Origin: an uncultured Gammaproteobacteria bacterium
GTDB lineage: Bacteria; Patescibacteriota; Patescibacteriia; CAZGFX01
Length of the DNA: 64,000 bases
Assembly: GCA_964524845.1 (NCBI GenBank)
Contig: CAZGFX010000002.1
Coordinates: forward strand, 157,422-221,421
Direction: 5' to 3'
Below are positions 8,676 through 18,019 of this stretch, piece by piece. Position 1 is the first letter of the stretch; each line of letters begins with the position of its first letter. The notes beneath the pieces are model-generated. The model made no database searches. It saw only the letters and a list, made by a program, of their open reading frames with translations, and was not told the DNA's origin. The position numbers and the translations under genes are program-made.

Positions 8676-11432
8676 TCACTTCCCGTGACAATGTTTATAT
8701 TTAACAGGTGTTCCATCGGGTTTTTTTGCTCCACATGGACATGGTTCGTTGCGACCTATTTTTTCAACGTGTTCCGGTGTCAAAGAAGTGTTGGATTCGT
8801 TTTTCTTTTCCATTGTTTCAGAGGCTCCTGTGAGAACAAGTTTTTGTTCTTGTGGTTTTTGCACCAAAACAGCCGGATCGTGTGATACTTTCGTAAACTT
8901 GAATATATTATAAACAAACTCATTCTGAATACTATCAAGAAGTCGCATAAACATCTGATATCCTTCTCGTTTATACTCAACAAGCGGATCTTGTTGCGCA
9001 TATCCCTTTAAACGAATACTATCTTTCAGATGGGCCATATATGACAAGTGGTTTGACCAAAGCCTATCAAGAGATTCTAGATAAAGTCCCATTTCAAGAT
9101 TCGTCATCATATCATCGCCATACGAAGCAATGACAGCACTCTCAAGTGTTTTATATTTCTCACGAGCCAAATTCGCAATATATCCAAACAAGGCACTACG
9201 AGCAACCATATCCTGCATAGAATTACCAGCTTGTGCTCTTATTTTTTCAATCTCTGCAACAAAAGTGTTTTTATCTACGTCAAATATAGTATTAACGGTT
9301 TCATATACCTCTTCCGTGTTCCATTGTTTCTCATTGTTTTCAACTGTGTAAAACGAGACAACCTGCTCTATTTCTCCGTCAATAAGATCAATAGCCCAAT
9401 CGCGCGTATTAACAATTGCGCGCTTACCATCAAGCGACGGTGGAGCGATGGCTTCGTTTCTGTTTACAACCTGAGTATCGTGAATATGGAACAGTTCGTT
9501 ACGACGTCCATAAATTGTAGCTCGTTGTTTATTTAGTACATCATCATACTCAACAACGTGTTTACGAGCATCAAAATGATGTCCCTCAACACGTTTTTGA
9601 GATTGTTCAATTGCTTTGGTAATAATTTTGTTTTCAATTGCTTCATCTTCACGAACCCCAAGTCGCTGTACCATATTCTTCATACGGTCAGAACCGAATA
9701 TTCTCATTAAATCATCTTCGAGTGACACAAAAAATGTCGACATACCAGGATCTCCCCATCGTCCAGTACGTCCACGAAGCTGATTATCAATACGCCTTGA
9801 TTCGTGTCTCTCTGTTCCAATAACATATAATCCACCAAGTCCCTTCACTTTTTCAGCTTCTGCAATTTCAGCATTATCACCACCTAGTTTTATATCAACT
9901 CCGCGACCAGCCATATTTGTTGCTATTGTTACCGAACCAACTTTTCCGGCTTGTGCAATAATATCAGCTTCTTTCAAGTGATTTTTTGCGTTAAGAAGTG
10001 CATGTGGTATACCAGCTTTCGAAAGCATTTCGGAAAGCTCTTCGTTTCGCTCAATTGAAATAGTACCAACGAGCACTGGCTGGCCTCTTTTGTGCGATTC
10101 TGCAATTTCACGTACAATTGCTTTCATTTTCCCATTGTGAGTTGAGTATATTCTGTCATTAAAATCTTTTCTTCCAACAGGTTTAAAAGGAGGAATTGGT
10201 ATTACCTCAAGAGAATATATATTAATAAATTCTTCTTCCTCTGTTTTTGCCGTACCCGTCATACCAGCAATCTTTTTATACAAACGGAAATAATTCTGAA
10301 AAGTAATTGTGGCAAGTGTCTTTGATTCTTGTTTTACTTCAACACCTTCTTTTGCCTCAATCGCTTGGTGAATACCATCTGAATAACGACGACCCTCGAG
10401 CATACGACCTGTAAACTCGTCAATAATTTTAATTTCCCCATCTTGTACTATATAATCCTTGTCTTTTGAAAATAAAAACTGTGCTTTAAGAGCCGCTTCA
10501 AGATTGTGTACCATTGCTATTCCAGACTGATACAAATTATCAATTCCAAGTATTTTTTCGACTCTCATTACACCGCTTGTTGTCAAAGTAACCGCGCGCA
10601 TCTTTTCATCAATATTAAAATCTTCATTAACAGTAAGCTGACGAGCAATCGTCGCAAAACGCACATAAAGATCATTACTATCCTCTGCTGGAGCCGAAAT
10701 AATGAGCGGTGTACGAGCTTCATCAATCAAAATACTATCAACCTCATCGATAATCGCATATGCTAATCCGCGCTGACTTTTGTATTTTATTGATTGAGCC
10801 ATGTTATCGCGCAAATAATCAAATCCATATTCATTGTTTGTTCCATATGTAATATCAGCTTCGTATGCCTCGCGGCGCGATGCGGGACGCAAGTGTCTTA
10901 GGCGCTCATCATGCTGTCCTTCATCAACATAAGTTGGATCATATAAAAAAGTCGCGTGTCCAATAATAACACCCGTCGTAAGACCAAGAAAATGATAAAT
11001 CTGCGCCATCCACCCCGCATCGCGCCGCGCCAAGTAATCATTAACCGTCACAACATGCACACCCTCTCCTTTTAATGCATTTAGCACGACAGGAAGAGTA
11101 CAAACAAGTGTTTTTCCTTCTCCAGTAAGCATCTCTGCGATTTGTCCTCTGTGCATAACAATGCCTCCCATAAGCTGTACATTACGATGAGAAAAACCGA
11201 GTGTACGTTGCGCCACTTCTTTTACAATTGCAAAGACTTCATTAAGTACATCGTTCGTATTAGATTCACCAGTACGCACTCGTTCTCGAATAGACGCAAA
11301 CTCATCCTGAAGTTGAGCATCAGGCATTTGTCGATATTTCGATTCTAATGATTCGATTTCAGCAACGTATACAGCCAATTTTTTGACATACTTCACATCC
11401 GGATCACCAAATATTTTTTTCCACAGATTCAT
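8676..11432 (-). CDS. secA: Preprotein translocase ATPase SecA
   Basis: EMLTGEGKT, IIDEVDSILIDEARTPLIIS, ATNMAGRGVDI, HESRRIDNQLRGR; C-terminal GRNEPCPCG...KYKHCHG. Confidence 0.99.
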   Translation of the reverse strand: MNLWKKIFGDPDVKYVKKLAVYVAEIESLESKYRQMPDAQLQDEFASIRERVRTGESNTNDVLNEVFAIVKEVAQRTLGFSHRNVQLMGGIVMHRGQIAEMLTGEGKTLVCTLPVVLNALKGEGVHVVTVNDYLARRDAGWMAQIYHFLGLTTGVIIGHATFLYDPTYVDEGQHDERLRHLRPASRREAYEADITYGTNNEYGFDYLRDNMAQSIKYKSQRGLAYAIIDEVDSILIDEARTPLIISAPAEDSNDLYVRFATIARQLTVNEDFNIDEKMRAVTLTTSGVMRVEKILGIDNLYQSGIAMVHNLEAALKAQFLFSKDKDYIVQDGEIKIIDEFTGRMLEGRRYSDGIHQAIEAKEGVEVKQESKTLATITFQNYFRLYKKIAGMTGTAKTEEEEFINIYSLEVIPIPPFKPVGRKDFNDRIYSTHNGKMKAIVREIAESHKRGQPVLVGTISIERNEELSEMLSKAGIPHALLNAKNHLKEADIIAQAGKVGSVTIATNMAGRGVDIKLGGDNAEIAEAEKVKGLGGLYVIGTERHESRRIDNQLRGRTGRWGDPGMSTFFVSLEDDLMRIFGSDRMKNMVQRLGVREDEAIENKIITKAIEQSQKRVEGHHFDARKHVVEYDDVLNKQRATIYGRRNELFHIHDTQVVNRNEAIAPPSLDGKRAIVNTRDWAIDLIDGEIEQVVSFYTVENNEKQWNTEEVYETVNTIFDVDKNTFVAEIEKIRAQAGNSMQDMVARSALFGYIANLAREKYKTLESAVIASYGDDMMTNLEMGLYLESLDRLWSNHLSYMAHLKDSIRLKGYAQQDPLVEYKREGYQMFMRLLDSIQNEFVYNIFKFTKVSHDPAVLVQKPQEQKLVLTGASETMEKKNESNTSLTPEHVEKIGRNEPCPCGAKKPDGTPVKYKHCHGK

Positions 11433-11496
11433 AAAACTACTTATACTAAAGCTTATAAAATTCCTTTTGCATTGTAGCACGCACAAAAAATAAATG

Positions 11497-11518
11497 AAGG
11501 CCGCCTTTCGGCGGCCTT
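11497..11518 (-). terminator. Intrinsic terminator after hpf
   Basis: AAGGCCGCC-tttc-GGCGGCCTT perfect 9-bp stem. Confidence 0.75.
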
Positions 11519-11529
11519 TTCTTCTTATC

Positions 11530-11847
11530 TTAGGCTTTTATTTTGTGGTCTGTTTTTCTCTCATGATCTTTTTCAAGTATATTTTTCAATATTTCGTGCA
11601 TTTCGTCAAAGGCTGCATAAAAATCTCCTGCGCTTCTCTCTACCTTATGGCTAATGCCATGTGGTATTTCAACAATAACATCGACAGTAAATACTTCTCC
11701 CTTATTATGATGGTGGTCTCTTTTTACAACAATATGAGCAAGCTCCATCTTATGGTCAAATTTTGTAAGTTTGCCCATTTTTTCATTTATATATTCCTTA
11801 ATTGTAGGTGTAAGCTCAAAATCCTTTGATGTTATGTTAATTTTCAT
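11530..11847 (-). CDS. hpf: Ribosome hibernation factor (HPF/RaiA family)
   Basis: MKINITSKDFELTPTIKEYINEK...HHNKGEVF...DFYAAFD. Confidence 0.9.
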   Translation of the reverse strand: MKINITSKDFELTPTIKEYINEKMGKLTKFDHKMELAHIVVKRDHHHNKGEVFTVDVIVEIPHGISHKVERSAGDFYAAFDEMHEILKNILEKDHERKTDHKIKA

Positions 11848-11966
11848 ACCGGATTACATATAAAAGGGTTATTCCCCTACCTATATTGTAACCTGATTGA
11901 ATAAAAAAATAAAATGTTTTTCTAAAAAACAAGTTATTCTATTTTTATCTACAATAAAAAGTTTTT

Positions 11967-12944
11967 TCAAAAACCGACATATGAAACCTCTTCTTGAAGC
12001 TGGATTCCGTACTTGTCTCTAATCTGCTGTTTAACAAAACTTATAAGCATCACAACATCATCTGATTTTCCACTTCCATTATTTATAAAAAAATTAGGAT
12101 TCTTTTCGGACACCGTAATTCCTCCTATTGTTTTTCCCTTGAAACCAGCATAATCAATTATAAAACCAGCTGAAACATGCCCTTGGATACGGAGTTTTTC
12201 TATGTCGATCGATTTCTGAATCATATTAGCAATTGTTTTCCCATCAAAAGCACTTTCAAGCTCATTGAAAGTAATGTGTCGAAACACAAAACCGCAACTT
12301 GGTGAATCCGTTGGTTGAATTAAATTTTTTCCTTTTTTATACTGATCCATTCTCGCTTTAATTTCGTCTTTTTTTCCTTTTTCCAATTTAAGTCGCACTT
12401 TTAGTATGGTGTATTTCGAATGTTTAAAAATACTATCGCGATATCCAAACTTACACATTTCACGAGATAGTGTTAATTCATTTCCTTCTTCATCTAGACA
12501 CACGATGTGTTCCACAAAATCTTTTATTTCTTTGTTGTATGCGTGGGCATTAGTACACACAGCACCACCAATCGTACCACAAATCCCAGTCAAATATTCA
12601 AGTCCTGTATATTCATTATTTATTGTGTGTGCGATACAATCACCGAGCAACACTCCTGCGCATATATCAAAAACACCATCGCTACTCGATTCAATTCGTC
12701 CTCCGTTTGTTTTAACAACAAGTCCTTTTACTCCTTGGCTTGACACAAGAATGTTTGATCCTCCACCAAACACAGTAACGGGAATAGATGCTTTTTTTGC
12801 CATACGAACAACCCCCTCTAATTCATCCGCGGTATGCGCAACAAAAAAATACTCAGCCGGACCACCAATTTTATAATATGTGTGTGGAGCCAATAATTCG
12901 TTAACTTGAATCGAATCCGCATACTTTCCAAATATAATATTCAT
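11967..12944 (-). CDS. murB: UDP-N-acetylenolpyruvoylglucosamine reductase
   Basis: HTYYKIGGPA, GGGSNILV, GTIGGAVCTNA, FGYRDSIFK, QP...SCG, LQEEV. Confidence 0.96.
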   Translation of the reverse strand: MNIIFGKYADSIQVNELLAPHTYYKIGGPAEYFFVAHTADELEGVVRMAKKASIPVTVFGGGSNILVSSQGVKGLVVKTNGGRIESSSDGVFDICAGVLLGDCIAHTINNEYTGLEYLTGICGTIGGAVCTNAHAYNKEIKDFVEHIVCLDEEGNELTLSREMCKFGYRDSIFKHSKYTILKVRLKLEKGKKDEIKARMDQYKKGKNLIQPTDSPSCGFVFRHITFNELESAFDGKTIANMIQKSIDIEKLRIQGHVSAGFIIDYAGFKGKTIGGITVSEKNPNFFINNGSGKSDDVVMLISFVKQQIRDKYGIQLQEEVSYVGF

Positions 12945-12994
12945 GGTCAGATAATATATATAAGAAACTGATATATATAGTGTACCACTAATTA

Positions 12995-13032
12995 AAATGA
13001 AAACGCCATGCTGTTCACTAACAACATGGCGT
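12995..13032 (-). terminator. Intrinsic terminator of the porV-like cassette
   Basis: On the - strand: ACGCCATGTTGTT-agtg-AACAGCATGGCGT followed by TTTCATTTT. Confidence 0.75.
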
Positions 13033-13046
13033 ATTTTAATAATTTC

Positions 13047-14117
13047 TTAATATCGCACCCCTATGCTGAGTTGCAAGGGATTTGCGGTCATTTCAGTCTT
13101 TGTGAACCCGCCGACATAGTATCCGGCGGAAAAGTCCATCCTTTCGTTGATGGTAAAACCCATCCCGAAAGTTAAGCGTGTTCTACCTCCTGCGGCTTCT
13201 GTCTCCGTATAGAGTCCTATACGAGTGCTAAACACCCTTTCTTCTCCATACAGGGTTTCAAAGCCTATGCTATGTCCGGTATACCGCAATGGCTTTTTCG
13301 TATGAGGCTTGAGTAGTAAAAGCGATACATCGTAATGCATACGAGTCATCGTATTTTCACTCTCAAATATAGGCATAATACCTCCAATATGCGCGGTCAC
13401 AGGAAGCGCATCATGAACACCTTTTTGGTAGGACAATCCTTTACCAAAATACATGTTCATAACACTTGCGCCGACTGCGTACCGGCCCTCATCAAAAACA
13501 CCGATAAGGCCGACATCAAACGCGAATGCGTCAGATGGTCCAACGCCTCGAAACTCATCGCCTCGAGTATCAGAAACTTTTTTAGAGAAAAGCTCAGAAT
13601 ATAGATACTTGGCTCCTAGGCCAAATGACCAATACTCATTAAACTTGATCCCAGCTGTCGTATGAAATATCATTTCATACTGTCGCCAAGTTCCAAGTTC
13701 GTCTCCGGCTTCGTTCAATATGTCGCTCTCACCAAGATCGAGATATTGAAAGCCATATCCAATGGAAATAGGATAAGCCATGTTTTGAGGAGTCCATGTA
13801 CCGTAAACACTCCCCATCCACATATCAAATCCCATTGCAGGATTAATACGCGAATAATTGAGATCGGCAGTGTTAAAAAAATCGCCTCTCTCAGTCGTAC
13901 GAAAAGCGTTTGCACCGAAGTGAGCTGGATTGAAATAAAATCCAGCACTTCTAGCATCGCTGTAAGCAACACCACCCATGCCCATACTTGAAACACGCGG
14001 GTCGGGAATGAGTTGCAGTACGGGCGCCGATGCAACACTTTGCGCAGACAAAACAGACACAAAGGTGCAATTTAAAAAAATTGCAGAAATTGTAAAAAGA
14101 ACAAAAAACATTTTCAT
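13047..14117 (-). CDS. PorV/PorQ-family outer-membrane beta-barrel (T9SS shuttle-like)
   Basis: Signal peptide; APVLQLIPDPRVSSMGMGGVA...YFNPA resembles the PorV N-terminal FLxIxPDARxxxMGxxGVA...NPA. Also YLDLGE, AFAFDVG, ALPVTAHIG, and C-terminal beta-signal LQLSIGVRY. Confidence 0.8.
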   Translation of the reverse strand: MKMFFVLFTISAIFLNCTFVSVLSAQSVASAPVLQLIPDPRVSSMGMGGVAYSDARSAGFYFNPAHFGANAFRTTERGDFFNTADLNYSRINPAMGFDMWMGSVYGTWTPQNMAYPISIGYGFQYLDLGESDILNEAGDELGTWRQYEMIFHTTAGIKFNEYWSFGLGAKYLYSELFSKKVSDTRGDEFRGVGPSDAFAFDVGLIGVFDEGRYAVGASVMNMYFGKGLSYQKGVHDALPVTAHIGGIMPIFESENTMTRMHYDVSLLLLKPHTKKPLRYTGHSIGFETLYGEERVFSTRIGLYTETEAAGGRTRLTFGMGFTINERMDFSAGYYVGGFTKTEMTANPLQLSIGVRY

Positions 14118-14223
14118 TTTTTCATCTCCTTGCCATGCAAAATGCAGTGGCTTTTTAATTTGTTTGATTTATTTTTTAATTTGTTTATCATCACATCTTA
14201 AAACAAAATAATGATTTTGTCAA
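14118..14223 (-). promoter_or_regulatory. Promoter, leader, hairpin and SD of cassette B (porV-like)
   Basis: TTGACA 14223-14218, 17 bp, TAAGAT 14200-14195. Hairpin GCCACTGCA/TGCATGGC 14151-14132. AAGGAG 14131-14126, 8 nt before ATG. Confidence 0.8.
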
Positions 14224-14305
14224 CAAACTGTGCATAACCAAAAATACAACAAAAAAACCACGTTTTCAAGCCAAAAACATGGTTTTTTATAATTCAAGTT
14301 TAAAT

Positions 14306-14692
14306 TTAAATATCCTCCTCTTCTAAATCTTTTGATTCTTTTGAAATTGATATCTTTTCAACAGATGTGATTCTTTCATCGATATATCCTAACGCTTGTT
14401 CTATCTCTTTTTCCAATCCATGCGGAAAAGCATCGTGCTGATAAAGATGATTCACCGCTTCCCACGCGACAATAGGAGCTGGTTTTTCAGCCACATTCAC
14501 ATTCTCAGTAACCCAATCTAGAAGTTCCTCTGCGTTCGACTCAATGTTTCTGCTCGTATAAAAACTATCCCAATCATAATTTTCTATCACCTGATTTACA
14601 AATTCGGCAATATCCTCTTCTTCGTCATACGGCGGAATGGAGCTAAGATCTTTTATATCAAACTCTTCTTGAACATCTTCGTCTAACATCAT
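14306..14692 (-). CDS. Acidic hypothetical protein
   Basis: 128-aa D/E-rich ORF followed by a hairpin at about 14251-14288; no SD. Confidence 0.65.
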   Translation of the reverse strand: MMLDEDVQEEFDIKDLSSIPPYDEEEDIAEFVNQVIENYDWDSFYTSRNIESNAEELLDWVTENVNVAEKPAPIVAWEAVNHLYQHDAFPHGLEKEIEQALGYIDERITSVEKISISKESKDLEEEDI

Positions 14693-14806
14693 ATGGGTAA
14701 TATTTATTTTTTATGTATGCGCACATAATAAATAAAAAAGTAACTTATTTCAACAAAAAAATCTTATTTATAAACAATTGACAAAACCCGCTTTTCGTCT
14801 CAAAAA

Positions 14807-16543
14807 TTATTCACTAGCAAGCCCAAGTTCCTTATTTAAAATATTCAAATATTTTTTGTCTTTTTCTTTTTTATCAGCGTGCTCTGCTTCGACGGTGTTC
14901 ATATATTTAAAATCATATTCTGCTCCAACCAAATCTATACGAGTTTTAATATGTGTTCCAACATATTCTGAGAGCATCATATCAATATCTTCTTTCGCTT
15001 TTATTATCGATGCTCTGTCTTTATGAATTTTGCTTTTCGTAACACAAACCAAACAATTTTCTTCAACATGATCCGGATGAATATGAAGTAGTATAATAGC
15101 AAGAGCCGGACTTTTTTCTTTTACCAAATTATTGAAAACAACCCAATCTCGAACAAGTGAACAAATATCAATATTAATAGAATTTTCGGTTTGTTTTGGT
15201 TTTGTATTTTCCAACAATATATCTTCTTCCGCTATTTGTATAACTGGCAATTCAGGTTCTTTTTCTTTTTGTGCATCCGGTTTCTTTCCGTTTACAATAT
15301 TATTTGTTTTTTTCTCCTGCAAGATTTTTCCAGTTTCGTGTGTTTCGTTCTGTTTTTTTACAAAATTACTTGCAGAATAATTATTCTGGGATGTTTTTTG
15401 GTTTGTTTGATTAGAACTTTCACGCGCCACTCCCGATGCGCTTCCAGCACCACCTCCTCCAAATGTATCTGTTTTATCTTCAAGTATTTCAAGCACGAAA
15501 AGTTCCAAAGGAAGCGTCGGGAGTGGCGCGTACGCATACATTTCAGATGTACGAAGCAAAATTGTCAGAATTTTAAAAAATCCACACACCAACGGAAGAC
15601 GCGATGCAAGCACGCTGCTGTTTTCTGAATCAAACAAAACTTCTTTTCCGATAACCTTTTGGGAATATAATGAGAGAAGCCTAATATACTCGATCATATC
15701 AGTATGAAGTCGACGAAGATTAACTCCTTCTCGATGCCACTCGCCAATCATATTAAGTGCTTGTGATATATTTCGATCTGCAATGAAAAAAAGCATGGCG
15801 CTACATTTATCGTAATATACATGTGGAAGAACAGGAGCAACTCGATCAAGTGTTACTCTTTCGCCTCCTGAGAGGGTTATGCATTGTTCTAGGAGCACTA
15901 TCGCATCACGTCCGTATCCATCAGCATGATGAACGATCCTATCAAGAACATCTTCATCATACGAAACACATTCTCCACCACATATATGAATCAAGAGTTG
16001 TTTCATGTCTTTATCGGAAATTCTCCTAAAATCAAATCTTTGGCATCTAGACAAAATCGTAGCTGGTATCTGTTGTATCTCTGTTGTAGCAAGCACGAAC
16101 ACGACGCGCTCTGGTGGCTCCTCAAGTGTCTTAAGAAGCGCGTTAAAAGCAGGTGCTGTAAGCATGTGCACCTCATCTATAATAACGACAAACTGCCCTT
16201 TTGACTGACGTGCGACTCGCACAATATCTCGAAGCTCTCTTATATCATCAATTCCTCTGTTCGAAGCAGCATCAATTTCCAAGAGTTTCATTGATCGCCC
16301 TGATAAAAGCGATGTGCATTCTGTGCACTCATTACAAGGCTCACTTCCTTTTGGTTGTTCGCAATTAAGCAGTTTTGAGATTATTCGTGCTGTTGTTGTC
16401 TTCCCTACGCCACGAGGACCACAAAAAAGATATGCGTGCCCAAAAGTACCCATTTCAAATTGTTTTTGAAGCGTTGCTACAATGTGTGCCTGATCGACCA
16501 GATCAGCAAATGTCTGAGGTCGGTATTTTCTATAAAGACTCAT
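14807..16543 (-). CDS. dnaX: DNA polymerase III subunit gamma/tau
   Basis: MSLYRKYRPQTF, GPRGVGKTT, CxxxxxxxPCxxCxxC, EIDAAS, DEVHML, SRCQRFDF. TATAAT lies 6 nt upstream of the ATG. Confidence 0.97.
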   Translation of the reverse strand: MSLYRKYRPQTFADLVDQAHIVATLQKQFEMGTFGHAYLFCGPRGVGKTTTARIISKLLNCEQPKGSEPCNECTECTSLLSGRSMKLLEIDAASNRGIDDIRELRDIVRVARQSKGQFVVIIDEVHMLTAPAFNALLKTLEEPPERVVFVLATTEIQQIPATILSRCQRFDFRRISDKDMKQLLIHICGGECVSYDEDVLDRIVHHADGYGRDAIVLLEQCITLSGGERVTLDRVAPVLPHVYYDKCSAMLFFIADRNISQALNMIGEWHREGVNLRRLHTDMIEYIRLLSLYSQKVIGKEVLFDSENSSVLASRLPLVCGFFKILTILLRTSEMYAYAPLPTLPLELFVLEILEDKTDTFGGGGAGSASGVARESSNQTNQKTSQNNYSASNFVKKQNETHETGKILQEKKTNNIVNGKKPDAQKEKEPELPVIQIAEEDILLENTKPKQTENSINIDICSLVRDWVVFNNLVKEKSPALAIILLHIHPDHVEENCLVCVTKSKIHKDRASIIKAKEDIDMMLSEYVGTHIKTRIDLVGAEYDFKYMNTVEAEHADKKEKDKKYLNILNKELGLASE

Positions 16544-16666
16544 GGGCCAATTATACAAAAAAAATAACAAAAACACACTGTGTACAAAAAACCCGCCAAG
16601 GAAAGAATCTGTGACGAGTTTTTGTTTTAGTTCAAGGAAAGCTCTTCTAAATTATATGGGAAATAA

Positions 16667-17290
16667 TTACGAATTATCTCCATCTTCAGCAAAATCAGGA
16701 GGAGTAATTTTATCTACTGAACCCATCGGGGAACGTGGTCCAAGCTCGCTCATGATATTTTCAACCGCTCCGTGCATGCTCTGACCGTCTTTTGGAATAG
16801 ATACTGTAATTTTATCACCTTCTTCTCCTCTGAAATACGTTACAGAGGCTGTAATAAGCTTATAAATATGTCCATCTGGTGTGACAGCCTGCCACTCATT
16901 CGTTTCAGGAACGCGCGTAAGAATACCCTCGATAACCGACCTTTCAACAGGACCAATTTGTTTGTAAATAAACGTCCCATCAGGTTTTATATTAAGTTTG
17001 AGTATATCTCCTTCAACAAGTTTAGATTTTGACGCATAGTTTGCGGGCACCGAATACTTCTTTCCATCAGCACCGATCATCGTCGTGCCATCAAATACGC
17101 CCTCAACGATACGCCCTTCCGGGCTCTCTATACTTGTCAGATTCATAGCCTTCATCATGTGTGGAGATGATGTTTGCGTAACATCTCCTGTTAACTGTCC
17201 GACAAGCACTTGCAGTGTTTCAAGGTCCGCCGAGAGCTTTTTTATAACTTTCTGAAGCTGTTCAGCGACTTTTTTTACTTCGTTTTCCAT
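16667..17290 (-). CDS. Conserved hypothetical protein (CPR-type)
   Basis: VEGVFDG..MIG.DGKKYSVPANYASKSKLVEGDILKL...FIYKQIGPVER, recognised from memory as a widespread Patescibacteria family. Confidence 0.75.
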   Translation of the reverse strand: MENEVKKVAEQLQKVIKKLSADLETLQVLVGQLTGDVTQTSSPHMMKAMNLTSIESPEGRIVEGVFDGTTMIGADGKKYSVPANYASKSKLVEGDILKLNIKPDGTFIYKQIGPVERSVIEGILTRVPETNEWQAVTPDGHIYKLITASVTYFRGEEGDKITVSIPKDGQSMHGAVENIMSELGPRSPMGSVDKITPPDFAEDGDNS

Positions 17291-17449
17291 ATTTTTATTT
17301 TTACTTAAGATAGGCCCGGTTTATTCCGGTTGCGTAGATTATGACACGAAACCAAAATAAAATAAAGTATTTACCCACAGATAACCCACACTGCAAAAAC
17401 GTTATTTATAGTCAATTATCTTTGTTTTGAGAGTTTTGAAATAAAAAAA

Positions 17450-17470
17450 TCCCAGAGACTTGCTCTGGGA
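17450..17470 (-). terminator. Terminator of cassette C
   Basis: TCCCAGAG-acttg-CTCTGGGA flanked by A/T runs. Confidence 0.7.
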
Positions 17471-17512
17471 AAAATTTAGATATTACTTTATTTAACGAAC
17501 AAATTAGAAACC

Positions 17513-17827
17513 TTAATCTGTTATGGTGCTAATTTGAGTTACGGTTCCGAAATCTTTTCTATCCGTTACCATTTTTCTAATTTTTCCAGCCAATTTAATT
17601 TTTATGAGACCGGTATCAAATCTGATACTTTTTTCCTTCATCCAATTATGAAGCCGCGGGTCTTCAACTGGAAGATTGCAAAAAAATTTACTTTCTTCTT
17701 CTGTAATTTTTATAACATTATTATCTTCTTTTTCATTTTTTTCACGAAGATCTATCACATTCCCCGCCAACATTTGTTTTTCCAAAAAGAGCCAAGCCGA
17801 TTTCAGAAATTTCAACATTTTTAACAT
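17513..17827 (-). CDS. Hypothetical protein (104 aa), cassette C
   Basis: GAGGAG SD (17839-17834) 6 nt before ATG; own promoter and terminator. Confidence 0.7.
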   Translation of the reverse strand: MLKMLKFLKSAWLFLEKQMLAGNVIDLREKNEKEDNNVIKITEEESKFFCNLPVEDPRLHNWMKEKSIRFDTGLIKIKLAGKIRKMVTDRKDFGTVTQISTITD

Positions 17828-17953
17828 AAGTCACTCCTCTTTTTTTGTTGTTTTCGGCCAAAGACCGATCAGCTTCGTCCCGTTCGCGGAATTTTAGCTG
17901 ATTGTTTATATTGTTTATCGTTAAATCATATCAAATATTAAACAATACATCAA
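17828..17953 (-). promoter_or_regulatory. Promoter and structured leader of cassette C
   Basis: TTGATG 17953-17948, 17 bp, TATGAT 17930-17925. Leader ATAAACAATATAAACA, then stems ATCAGCT/AGCTGAT (inner TTCCG/CGGGA) and CGGTC/GGCCG. Confidence 0.7.
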
Positions 17954-18019
17954 TGTGCTTTTTCGCAAACACAAAAAAGACTAAAAAGTCTTTTTTAAAC
18001 ACATAATTCACTTAAATTA

